In this document: positions 50,039-61,212 of the stretch, one piece after another
How the letters are laid out: the number at the start of each line of letters is the position of its first letter
Numbering within the stretch: position 1 is the stretch's first letter
Assembly (NCBI RefSeq): GCF_964213995.1
Contig: NW_027590150.1
Location: 558,001-622,000 of the forward strand
Reading direction: 5' to 3'
Source of the DNA: Mustelus asterias
Lineage: Eukaryota
DNA length: 64,000 nt
Made by a program: the position numbers and the translations under genes
The notes under the pieces: generated by a model
What the model was told of the DNA's origin: nothing
Databases searched by the model: none
Seen by the model: only the letters and a program-made list of their open reading frames with translations

Positions 50039-51807
50039 TGTGGAGATGCCGGCGTTGGACTGGGGTAAACACAGTAAGAAGTTTAACAACACCAGGTTAA
50101 AGTCCAACAGGTTTATTTGGTAGCAAAAGCCACAAGCTTTCGGAGTCTTAAGCTCCTTCTTCAGGTGAGTGGGAATTCTGTTCACAAACAGGGCATATAA
50201 AGACACAAACTCAATTAACAGAATAATGGTTGGAATGCAAATACTTACAGCTAATCAAGTCTTAAAGGTACAAACAATGTGAGTGGAGACAGCATCAAGA
50301 CAGGCTAAAGAGATGTGTATTCATAGAATCATAGAAACCCTACAGCACAGAAAGAGGCCATTCAGCCCATCGAGTCTGCACTGACCACAATCCCACCCAG
50401 GCCCTACCCCCATATCCCTACATATTTACCCACTAATCCCTCTAACCTACGCATCTCAGGACACTAAGGGCAATTTTAGCACGGCCAATCAACCTCACCC
50501 ACACATCTTTGGACTGTGGGAGGAAACCGGAGCACCCGGAGGAAACTCACGCAGACACGAGGAGAACGTGCAAACTCCACACAGACAGTGACCCAAGCCG
50601 GGAATCGAACCCAGGTCCCTGGAGCTGTAAAGCAGCAGTGCTAACCACTGTGCTACCGTGCCGCCCCACTGTTCAGACAGGACAGCCAGTGAGACTCTGC
50701 AAGTCCAGGCAAGTTGTGGGGATTACAGATAGTGTGACATGAACCCAATATCCCGGTTGAGGCCGTCCTCATGTGTGCAGAACTTGGCTATCAGTTTCTG
50801 CTCAGCGACTCTGCGCCGTCGTGTGTCGTGAAGGCCGCCTTGGAGAATGCTTACCCGAATATCAGAGGCCGAATGCCCGTGACCGCTCAAGTGCTCCCCA
50901 ACAGGAAGAGAACAGTCTTGCCTGGTGATTGTCGAGTGGTATTCATTCATCCGTTGTCACAGCGTCTGCATGGTTTCCCCAATGTACCATGCCTCGGGAC
51001 ATCCTTTCCTGCAGCGTATCAGGTAGACAACTTTGGCCGAGTTGCAAGAGTATGTACCGTGTACCTGGTGGATGCTGTTCTCACGTGAGATGATGGCATC
51101 TGTGTCGATGATCCGGCACGTGTTGCAGAGGTTGCTGTGGCAGGGTTGTGTGGTGTCGTGGTCACTGTTCTCCTGAAGGCTGGGTAGTTTGCTGCTGACA
51201 ATGGTCTGTTTGAGGTTGTGCGGTTGTTTGAAGGCAAGAAGTGGGGGTGTGGGGATGGCCTTGGCGAGATGTTCGTCTTCATCAATGACATGTTGAAGGC
51301 TCCAGAGGAGATGCCGTAGCTTCTCCGCTCCGATGAAGTACTGGACGACGAAGGGTACTCTGTCCACCGTGTCCCGTGTTTGTCTTCTGAGGAGGTCGGT
51401 GCGGTTTTTCGCTGTGGCGCGTCGGAACTGTCGATCGATGAGTTGAGCGCTATATCCTGTTCTTATGAGGGCATCTTTCAGCGTCTGGAGGTGTCTGTTG
51501 CGATCCTCCTCATCCGAGCAGATCCTGTGTATACGGAGGGCTTGTCCGTAGGGGATGGCTTCTTTAACGTGTTTAGAGTGGAAGCTCTCCACTCACATTG
51601 TTTGTACCTTTAAGACTTGATTAGCTGCAAGGATTCGCATTCCAACCATTATTCATGTAAATTGAGTCTGTGTCTTTATAAGCTCTGTTTGTGAACAGAA
51701 TTCCCACTCACCTGAAGAAGGGGCTTGAGGCTCCGAAAGCTTGTGTGACGTTTGCTACCAAATAGACCTGTTGGACTTTAACCTGGTGTTGTTAAACTTC
51801 TTACTGT
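50039..51807 (-). mobile_element. 5'-truncated Penelope-like element (RT C-terminus + GIY-YIG endonuclease) with inverted terminal repeat; HE1 SINE nested at 50322-50667
   Basis: SFHSKHVKEAIPYGQALRIHRICS...VVYLIRCRKGCPEAWYIGET...LNRDIGF; 51585-51807 is an inverted copy of ~50072-50290; hammerhead motif at 51709-51745. Confidence 0.92.
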
Positions 51808-51809
51808 TA

Positions 51810-52270
51810 TTATTGGACAAGCAGCAAATCACCGTCACAATGCCCGGCTGATTGACGGCAGCGCGGACCAATGGGAAGAGGGGACAGTGCTGGAGGACCG
51901 ACATGGAGCGGTCGGTCCTCCAACCAATCGGAGCGAACGAGGGGCGGGGCCAACTTTGACTCGAGCATGCGCAGTATGAGTAATGGCGATGGGAAACGGC
52001 TTTTGCTGTGGGCTCGGAAATCTGTTAGAGGTGACTGGAGGTACGGAGAGAGCAATGGATCGTCCAGGTGGGTGGAAACGCTGCATAAGCATGTTGTGTA
52101 AGCCGCAAACCGCGGAAGAGAACTTCCCGGACCCAGTTTGTACCGAGCAAGGCTGCAGCTCCTCGTGTTCGTCCAAGGTTAACGTTCGCCATCTTTATTG
52201 GGGGCAATAGGCAGCAGTGCGCACGTGCGGCCGCCATGTTTGTAGAGGGCAATGTTGTCAATCAGTGGGA
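51810..52270. promoter_or_regulatory. Second CpG-island promoter, paralogous to the first
   Basis: CCAAT (51868, 51924), GC box GGGGCGGGG (51941), NRF1 GCATGCGCA (51965), CACGTG (52222), YY1 sites on the minus strand (cgccatcttt 52187, gccgccatgtt 52230). Confidence 0.75.
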
Positions 52271-52898
52271 GGGGCTTGTTCCCCAGTGCTCAGAATGGAG
52301 ACAACCTGTCCATCAAACTGCATCAACCCTGAGTCCCAATGTCTTATTGATGAAGCAGAGCGGTGGTAGAGAAGGAAAAAGAAAGGAAAATAAAAACAAT
52401 AAATGCTGGAAAATCTCAGCAGATCTGACAGCATCTGTGGAGAGAGAATAGAACCAACGTTTCGAGACTGGATGACCCATAGTCAGAGCTTGTACACGTG
52501 TAAACAGAGCATGTAAACTTTGACACCTCCATGTACCCTTGTACACCTCAATCAATCTACTTTGCTCCAAGGAGAACAACCCCAAGTTATCCAGCCTAAC
52601 ATTGTAACTATAATTCCTCATCCCTGAAACCATTTTGATAAATCTCCTCTGCACCCTGTCAAGGAGCCTCACATCCTCCATAATGTGTGGTGTTCACTGG
52701 TTTGCACAGACCCAGGTATTCTGTATTCCTGTCTGTGATCTCATCACATACTTACAATTGCACAGTGACATCACCCCCGCTCCCCGGGGATTTCCTCAAC
52801 TGGGAGATTTTTCTCTGATGCCAATGCTTCTGATATCTTTCCAGCTGCAGGCTCCAGCAGGAGATTTTAATATTAAAATCAGTTAAATTGTTTCAGAG

Positions 52899-54450
52899 GT
52901 GAGTGTTTGTGACCATTCACGGGCGCGGGTTCTCGTCATAAACCAGCTGCTCGCCTCCATGCTGTGGTACCGGCTGGTCCCTTTGACCCCTCCCCCTGGC
53001 TTTGTCGCCAATATCCTGGTGTTGTTAAACTTCTTACTTTGTCGCCAATATCCAGAGAACCCTCCTGCGGTTCTTCTGGGGCAATCGACTGCACTGGGTC
53101 CCTGCTGCGGTTCTGTATCTCCCGCTTGAGGAGGGCGGACAAGGTCTGGTGTGCCTCCGCACTCAGATAGCGACCTTCCGCTAAAGGTACCTTTACGTTG
53201 AGCCCCCTCCACAATGGTGTGCCATATTTCTTCTGCCACTGGCACGGCCTCAATTATGACGTGCAGCTCCTGCATATCGAACTGGGGCGTGCTTCGACCG
53301 CCCTGCAGGAGTTGCCCATCTTTTACCTCACCGTCTGGAACACGGTCGCCTCGCGACACAGCTCTCCCCCGTCAGGAGTAGCAGCTCTCGTGCGAGAGCC
53401 GCTGCTCAGGAATCCGCTCCTCCAGCCGTATGACTTCAGGTGGCTGGCGGAGAGGAGGGCTGTGGACGCCGGGGTGACCAGAATCGGGGACGTGCTCGAT
53501 GGCGGAGGAGCGGGCTGGATGGGCCCCCGCGTGCTGGCTGAGCGCGTGGGGACGACCGTCCGGCACACGGCCAAAGCCATCCTAGACCTTAGGACGGTCG
53601 TGCTCGGCCCCGAAACTGCACGCAAACTCGAGGCGGCGCAGGCGTGCGGTGGGATCCCGCCCGAGCGTTCCCCTGTTCGGACAGAATTCCACATTGGCCC
53701 AAAACTTCAACCCTCCTCCTCGGGTCAGGTGCCCCACAGCCTGAGCCGCCTCGTGGAAATGTCCTCCGTGCCTTTTCCTACCGCGCGGAGGCGTTTCCTG
53801 TGTGGGCTGCTGCTGCACACCTTCCACTACCGCCTCCTTGCCTGTCGCCCGGATACACCTTGGCGGGCCTTGTTTCCGTAGAGGTCCCTCTACGGAGGGA
53901 TTGCCCCAATTACATCGGGGACCTGGGGTGAAGGGTGATGCATGCAGCAGTTCCGCACAACCGTAGGATTCACTGGTTCACGGGCTATGAAGCTTGCCCC
54001 TTCTGTGGCCTTGTGAATTCCGTGGACCATGTCTATGTTTTGTGTCTTAGGTTGCACTTTCTTTTTGTTGGGGTCGGGATGGCGACCTCCTCGTGAACCT
54101 GCTCCTGGGCCTGGCGAAACGCGCCATTTACCGGTCCAGGCTGCGGACGATCGAGGGGGCCGTCCATCCTGACTGTCTTCCCCTCTACCGCGGCTACGTT
54201 CGCGGCCAGGTGTCCCTGGAGAGGGAGCATGCGGTGTCCACGGGCGCGGTTGACGCCTTCCGCGCCCGCTGGGCACCGCAGGGGTTGGGGTGCGTTATCG
54301 ACCCTAATAATCACATTTTAATTTGATGTTTTTAAGTTTCCTTTGTACTTTGATTTCTGTTCGGACTGTTCTCCCTCCTTTTGGGGAGCTGCCCCTTTTA
54401 CTTTGTCCTGACTTAATCTGAGTTTGTTTATTTGTTTTGACCTAAAAGAG
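52899..54450 (+). mobile_element. Tx1-clade (L1 group) LINE, degraded ORF2 C-terminus and 3'UTR
   Basis: RARVLVINQLLASMLWYRL..., LPIFYL..W, NLLLGLAKRAIYRSR...F..RW motifs typical of Tx1 ORF2; GC-rich; T-rich 3'UTR ending cctaaaagag. Confidence 0.85.
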
Positions 54451-54624
54451 GCCAACATCTGTGAGTAACACACTTTCTTTTCTCCCCCTTTCCATTTCTT
54501 TTCTCATTCTGGGGGAAATTGGGGACTTGCAGCAACTGAAGGGAAAGGAAGTGAATCCAGGGAGGCTGCAGACTCTGGAAAGGTTGGCCCAGGTCTCCCT
54601 CTCTCTCTCTCTTAAAGACATTGA

Positions 54625-55082
54625 TATAGAAACAGAGATGATAGGAGCAGGAGGAGGCCATTTGGCCCTTCGAGCCTGCTCCGCCATTCATTATGATCAT
54701 GGCTGATCATCCAACTGAGTAGCCTAATCCTGCTTTTTCCCCATAACCTGTGATCCCATTCACCCCAAGTGCTTTATCCAGCCGCCTCTTGAATACATTC
54801 AATGTTTTGGCACCAACTACTTCCTGTGGTAATGAATTCCACAGGGTGACTACTCTTTGGGTGAAGAAATGTCTACTCACCTCCGTCCTAAATGGTCTGC
54901 CCTGAATCCTCAGACTGTGACCCTTGGTTCTGGACTCCATCGGGAACATCCTCCCTGCATCTATCCTGTCTCGACCTGTTAGAATTTTATAAGTCTCTTT
55001 GAGATTCCCCCCTCATTCATCTGAACTCCAACGAAAACAATTCTAACCTGGTCAATCTCTCCTCATACATCAGTCCCGCGAT
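54625..55082 (-). mobile_element. CR1 3' fragment inserted in the ZNF first-intron module
   Basis: FFTQRVVTLWNSLPQ motif and CR1 tail. Confidence 0.85.
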
Positions 55083-55627
55083 TCCCTGAATCAGCCTGGT
55101 GAACATCCTTTGCTCCCTCAGCTTGACACATTTATTTGTCTGTCGAAAAGGATGGTCTTTTTCCTCATGTTCACATTAAAGGGCAGCTTTCCCCAGGAGA
55201 TGGCTGACATTTAAGGGGACAGTATGTTAATATAGGACAGAGATCTGTCTAGTGTTATTATATGGTACCCAGATTAGATATATTATTTATGTTTCTGTAA
55301 TAAAATACTTTTATTATTAGTTCTTGCATTGTAATATAATGCTATAGCGATGTTATACATTTCCAGTCATAAAGTCATTACAGCACAGAAGGAATCCATT
55401 CGGTAACTCGAGTCCATTCTGACTCTCTGTATAACATTCCAGTCCCAATCCCCCTCTATATCCCCATTCTCCTGAAAGTTTATTTCCTTCAAATGCCCAT
55501 CCACTTTCGTTTTTAAATAGAATCCATAGATATGGATGGAGATTTACAACTTTTTGGGAATGAAATAGGAAAGAATGTTCCATAGAAACTAGAATTGGCT
55601 GCTCTGAATTTCTATCCTATACTGACA

Positions 55628-55990
55628 GGGGCGGCACGGTAGCACAGTGGTTAGCACTGCTGCTTCACAGCTCCAGGGTCCTGGGTTCGATTCCCGGCTC
55701 AGGTCACTGTCTGTGTGGAGTTTGCACATTCTCCTCGTGTCTGCGTGGGTTTCCTCCGGGTGCTCCGGTTTCCTCCCACAGTCCAAAGATGTGCGGGTTA
55801 GGTTGATTGGCCAGGTTAAAAATTGTCCCTTAGAGTCCTGGGATGCGTAGGTTAGAGGGATTAGCGGGTAAATTAGCGGGTAAAAAAAAAAAGGGATTAG
55901 CGGGTAAGGCCTGGGTGGGATTGTGGTCGGTGCAGACTCGATGGGCCGAATGGCCTCCTTCTGCACTGTAGGGTTTCTATGATTCTATGA
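55628..55990 (+). mobile_element. HE1 V-SINE, full length, inside a duplicated ZNF intron/leader fragment (55520-56100)
   Basis: ggggcggcacggtagcacagtggttagcactg...ttctatgattctatga. Confidence 0.92.
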
Positions 55991-56561
55991 CTGTGATGAC
56001 TTTTGCAAACTCATTTCATAGGATATTGAATGAGGAATCAAAGGCAAAAATCTCAACCGTCACGTCTAGACAGAGCCATATTCCTTGGGATCTGAATATC
56101 TTGTAATATGGAACTGTAGCTACGTTATATATTTCCAGACATCTCTTCCCTCAGAGGGTTGTTAGTCTTTTGGATTTCTCTTCCACAGGGACCAGTGGAG
56201 GCTGAGGATCATTGAATATATTCCAGTTAGACAGATCTTTGACTGACAAGGGTGTCAAGGGTTATGGGGAACAGACAAGAAGATGGAGCAAAAGCTAAGA
56301 CGTGGGGGGATTTCTTCACTCAAGGATGTGGGAAAGCTTTGGAATTCTCAATCCCTGAGGACAGTGAAGCCTCAGTCATCAACTACTTGCAAGAGAGAGA
56401 TTGATTGGTTTCTAGATATTGAATATATCAAGGGATATGGGTTTAGTGTGGGGAGAATGATGCTGAGGTAGATGAACGAATTATCTCATTGAATAGTTTA
56501 AAAGAATCGATGGGCCAAATGGCCGACTGCAGCTCCTATTTGTTATGGTCTCTGTGTCCAG

Positions 56562-56627
56562 GACAGGAAGCAGTGAGCATGGATCTGTCAATCAGCCTCA
56601 ATCAGCACCTTCAGGAGAATTGGGAGG
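56562..56627 (+). other. Conserved 66-nt ZNF upstream exon (QEAVSMDLSISLNQHLQENWE)
   Basis: tgtccag|gacagg...tgggagg|gtgaat; 168-nt intron to tttacag| at 56795. Confidence 0.7.
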
Positions 56628-57146
56628 GTGAATATTAGATACAGCAGAGTGAGAATGGAGGGAGAGTGTGTGGGATGGAAATTTACAGCTTTTTGGGACT
56701 GAAATAGGAAAGAATGTTCCATAGAAACTAGAATTGTCTGTTCTGAATTTCTATCCTGTACTGACACTGATGACTTTTGTCAACCTGTTTTACAGGATAT
56801 TGAAAGAGGAATCACAGGCCGAAATCTCAAACGTCACGTCTAGATCTGACAGAGTCATATTCCTTGGGAGCTGAATATCATCGGACTTTGAATCTGGAAG
56901 GAGAAATGATTGTCCAGTCTGTTGATTTGAAAAGATTTGAAATGTCAGTGTGACTGGAAAAGCAGCAACACACTGCCACACTCGAGTGAGAGTGTTCCAG
57001 TGCACTAACTAAAGAGCTTTAACCAGTTACACAGCCTGAATAAATATCACACCATTCACAGCAGGGAGAGACTGTACCCGTGTTCTGAGTGTGGACTAGA
57101 CTTCAACTGATTGTCCACCCAAGAGAGAGGTAAGGACACCTGCACC

Positions 57147-58157
57147 ATGGAGAAACCGTGGAAATGTGGGGACTGTGGGAAGAGATACAGAGCCCCATCA
57201 GAGCTGGAAGCTCATCGGCGCAACCACACTGGGGAGAGACCATTCACCTGCTCTCAGTGTGGGGAGGGATTCACTCAGTCATTCAGCCTGCAGTCACACC
57301 AGCGAGTTCACACTGGGGAGAGACCGTTCACGTGTTCTCAGTGCGGGGAGGGATTCAGTCATTTATCCAGCCTGCGGACACACCAGCGAGTTCACACTGG
57401 GGAGAGGCCGTTCACCTGCCCTCAGTGTGGGAAGGGATTCACTTGTTCATCCAGCCTGCAGTCACACCGGCGAGTTCACACTGGGGAAAGGCCATTCACC
57501 TGCCCTCAGTGTGGGAAGGGTTTCACTCAGTCATTCAACCTGCGGGCACACCAGCGAGTTCACACTGGAGAGAGGCCATTCACCTGCTCTCAGTGTGGGA
57601 AGGGATTCACTCAGTCATCCCACCTGCGGATACACCACCGAGTTCACACTGGGGAGAGGCCATTCACCTGCTCTCAGTGTGGGAATGGATTCACTCAGTC
57701 ATCCCACCTGCAGACACACCAGCGGGTTCACACTGGGGAGAGGCCATTCACCTGCTCTCAATGTGGGGAGGGATTCAGTCGGTCATCCCACCTGCAGACA
57801 CACCAGCGAGTTCACACTGGGGAGAGGCCATTCACCTGCTCTCAATGTGGGGAGGGATTTACTCAGTCATCCCAGCTGCAGATACACCAGCGAGTTCACA
57901 CTGGGGAGAGGCCATTCACCTGCTCTCAGTGTGGGAAGGGATTCACTCAGTCATCCAGCCTGCTGACACACCAGCGAGTTCACACTGGGGAGAAGCCGTT
58001 CACCTGCTCTCAATGTGCGAAGGGATTCACTCGGTCCTCCCACCTCCAGATACACCAGCGAGTTCACACTGGGGAGAGACCGTTCAGCTGCTCTGTGTGT
58101 GAGAAGAGATTCAGTCTTTCATCCGCCCTGCTGAGACACCAACAAGTTCACGAGTGA
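57147..58157 (+). CDS. C2H2 zinc-finger protein, 12 intact fingers, no KRAB
   Basis: gcaccATGg start; [10 protein letters not shown] followed by near-identical 84-bp units with HTGE(R/K)PF linkers. Confidence 0.88.
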   Translation: MEKPWKCGDCGKRYRAPSELEAHRRNHTGERPFTCSQCGEGFTQSFSLQSHQRVHTGERPFTCSQCGEGFSHLSSLRTHQRVHTGERPFTCPQCGKGFTCSSSLQSHRRVHTGERPFTCPQCGKGFTQSFNLRAHQRVHTGERPFTCSQCGKGFTQSSHLRIHHRVHTGERPFTCSQCGNGFTQSSHLQTHQRVHTGERPFTCSQCGEGFSRSSHLQTHQRVHTGERPFTCSQCGEGFTQSSQLQIHQRVHTGERPFTCSQCGKGFTQSSSLLTHQRVHTGEKPFTCSQCAKGFTRSSHLQIHQRVHTGERPFSCSVCEKRFSLSSALLRHQQVHE

Positions 58158-59347
58158 TTCCAGGGGTTGTTTCTGTTATTGTTTCTGCTCTCAATTACAT
58201 CCAGGACTGCATTTTGTTCATTCTCACAGTTGGTCAATGGGGAGGGTCGGAGGGTTTCTTTCTGCTGGACTGGCCGGTCTCATGACTTTGCCTCCAGTGG
58301 GCTGATGCTCTTTGAGTCGTGTTACCAAATTTCACAAGGATCACAGAGTGACAGGGTGTGAGGAAGTTAAGAGTCACTATTTTTGTTTGAAATCCCCTCA
58401 AATGCCCATCCAATTTCCTTTGTAATTGTTTATTGTCTCCACTTCCTCCACCCTCGTAGGCAGCAAGTTCCAGCTCATTACCATTCGCTGCATCAAAATA
58501 TTCTTCGTCACATCCCACCCCCACGCATCTCTGATCCAAAACCTTAAATCTGTGTCCCCCTCATCCTTGTCCCATCAGCTAATGGGAACAGCTTTTCTTT
58601 GTCCACCTTATCTAAACCTGTCAGAATCTTGTCCACCTCTATCAAATCTCCCCTCAACCTCCTTTGCTCCAAGGGAAACAACCCCAGCCTGACATCGACA
58701 ATAAAGAACAAACTAACAGAATATGTTAATACCTGAAATCAAATGGGAATGTTTAATTTCTGTTTTAATGATATTGTGAATATATTGTCCTGGACAATAA
58801 CAGAATTGGAATAACTCACCTTGGGTGTGGTTGAATGGAATACCTCAATCTGATATCCACCTACAGTCTAGTGAAAGTGTGGAATGTGTAGCTGGAAATC
58901 CCTCCCTAACAGCACTGTGGGTGTACTTACACCTCAGGCATTGTAGCAGTTCAGGAAGGCAGTGTTGGGGTTGACCATGGCCGAGGCAGCTACATACAGC
59001 CACATATTCTGTTATAATTGAAGGACTGCAGATTGAATGTGAGGCATTATGGGACTGGACTATCTTAACGACATTCCTGTGACTGCTCAGTTTCTGCAAT
59101 CATGAACCATTAAAGCTGCTTAGCAGCGCCCCAACAGAGGACCTGGTGAGAATATTTACTCAGAATGAGCTAAAATTAGCTAAAACAAAGATTTTGCAGC
59201 TGGCAACATGTTTGGGATTTTAAATCAACAAAGACTTGATGTTTCCGATAAAATCAGGCCTTGGAAGTTGGCTAAAAAAAGTTTAAGTTATAATGAAGGG
59301 GAATGAAGGATCTTGTGTCTTATTTTAATCAAGGAGTTGTGAGCTTA

Positions 59348-60262
59348 GACCATAAGACACAGGAGCAGAATTAGGCCACTCGGCCCATCGAGTCTTCTCC
59401 GCTATTCAATCATGGCTGATATTTTTCTCATCCAAATTCTCCTGCCTTTTCCACATAACCCCTGATCCCCTTATTAATCAAGAACCTATCTATCTCTGTC
59501 TTACAGACACTCAATGAACTGACCTTCACAGCCTTCTGTGGCAAAGAGTTCCACAGATTCACCACTCTCTGGCTGAAGAAATTCCTCCTCATCTCTGTTT
59601 TAAAGGATCATCCCTTTAGCCTGAGGTTGTGCCCTCTAGTTTTTTCCCACTAAGTTTCAATAAGATCTCCCTTCATCCTTCTAAACTCCAATGAGTGCAG
59701 ACCCAGAGTCCTCAACCATTCTTCATACGACAAGCTCTTCATTCCAGAGATCATTCTTGTGAAGCTCCTCCAGACCCTTTCCAAGACCAGCATATCGTTC
59801 CTTAGATGTGGGGCTCAAAACTGCTCACAATACTCCAAATGGGGTCTGACCAGAGCCTTATACAGTCTCAGAAGTACATCGCTGCTCTTGTATTCTAGCC
59901 CTCTTGACATGAATGCTAACATTGCATCTGCCTTTCGAACTGCCAACTAAACCTGCACGTTAACTTCAAGAGAATCTTGAACAATGACTCCCAAGTCCCT
60001 TTGTGCTTCTGATTTCTGAAACATTTCCCCATTTAGGAAATAGTCGATGTCTCCATTCCTCCTCCCCAAGTACATAATCTCACACTTTTCCACATTGTAT
60101 TCCATCTGCCACTTCTTTGCCCACTCTCCTAGCCCATCAAAGTCCTTCTGCAGCCCCTCTGCTTCCTCAATACTACCTGCCCCTCTACATATCTTTGTAT
60201 CATCTGCAAACTTAGCAACAATGCCTTCAGTTCCATCTTCCAAATCATTAATGTATATTGCG
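59348..60262 (-). mobile_element. CR1 LINE 3' fragment
   Basis: VAKFADDTKI...KWQMEYNVEKC; CR1 tail. Confidence 0.9.
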
Positions 60263-60857
60263 AAACGTTTGTGGTGCTCTGTCGCTTTAAGAAGCTATAG
60301 CTGCGAGAGAGAATGCTGAGGATTCATTGTTTGAAATTTACGAGCTGTGAGAACCTGTGTGTTTCATTTGTTTTATGTGGATGTTTGTAGATGTGTTTTA
60401 TTATTGTTTTGGGCTACATTTGTTAAGGTTTATCTTTCTGGGGAATTAACCTTATCTTGAGTCTTTAATTAAAGGCATTTCTGGAAGTTTAGAAACAGAA
60501 CCACAAGAACGCTTAAGGAATTAATTTTGTTTATTGTTGTAAAGCACATGCTATGTTTCTCTGTTTGTGTGTGGATGATATTTGTTGAATGCTTCAAGCT
60601 TTCAGGTTTTCTGTCTGTGATTTAAATCAAACATTTAAATAAAGGACGTGTAATTAATAAAGCTTTTTTTCATAAAAGTTGTGAACCTGGAGCCACATTT
60701 ACTGGCCAGAGACATGATTCCAGGAAACTTTGCTAAACTTGTGGGAATTTTAATCCAGATTCAAACTCACACATATGAGTATGAGAGAGTTTTAATTGTA
60801 ATGGTTATTTAAAATTTGGGACATGTGAAATAATTCTGACCATTCCTGTGTTCATTG

Positions 60858-61212
60858 AATCATAGAATCCCTCCAGTGCAGAAGGGACCATTCGGACCAT
60901 CGAGTCTGCACCATCTCTCTAACAGAGCACCTTACCCAGGCCCTCTCCCCTGCCCTATCCCTGTAATCTCACACATTTACCATGGCTAACCTATCTAACC
61001 CACACAGCTTGGGAGACGAAGAGGGAATTCAACATTGCAAATCCACTGAATCTGGGCATCTTTGGTCTGTGGGTGGAAACTGGAGCACCCGGAGGAAGCC
61101 CACGCAGACACAGGGAGAACATGCAAATTCCAAACAGACACTCACCCAAGGCTGGAATTAAATGCCTGACGCTGTGAGGTAGCAGTGCTAACCACTGTGC
61201 CACCATGTCACC
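60858..61212 (-). mobile_element. HE1-type SINE (diverged)
   Basis: Head, V-domain and attctatg tail on the minus strand. Confidence 0.85.

Noticed and set aside
56945-57112. In-frame TGA shared among ZNF leaders, one aligning with TGT in a paralog (Sec/readthrough hypothesis)
   Set aside because: The same leaders carry independent frameshifts and other stops; shared descent and CGA-to-TGA CpG decay explain it
57158-58102. Long alternative-frame ORFs over zinc-finger arrays (also 23055-23537, 28659-29123, 29005-29547)
   Set aside because: Shadow frames of 84-bp repeated units that happen to lack stops
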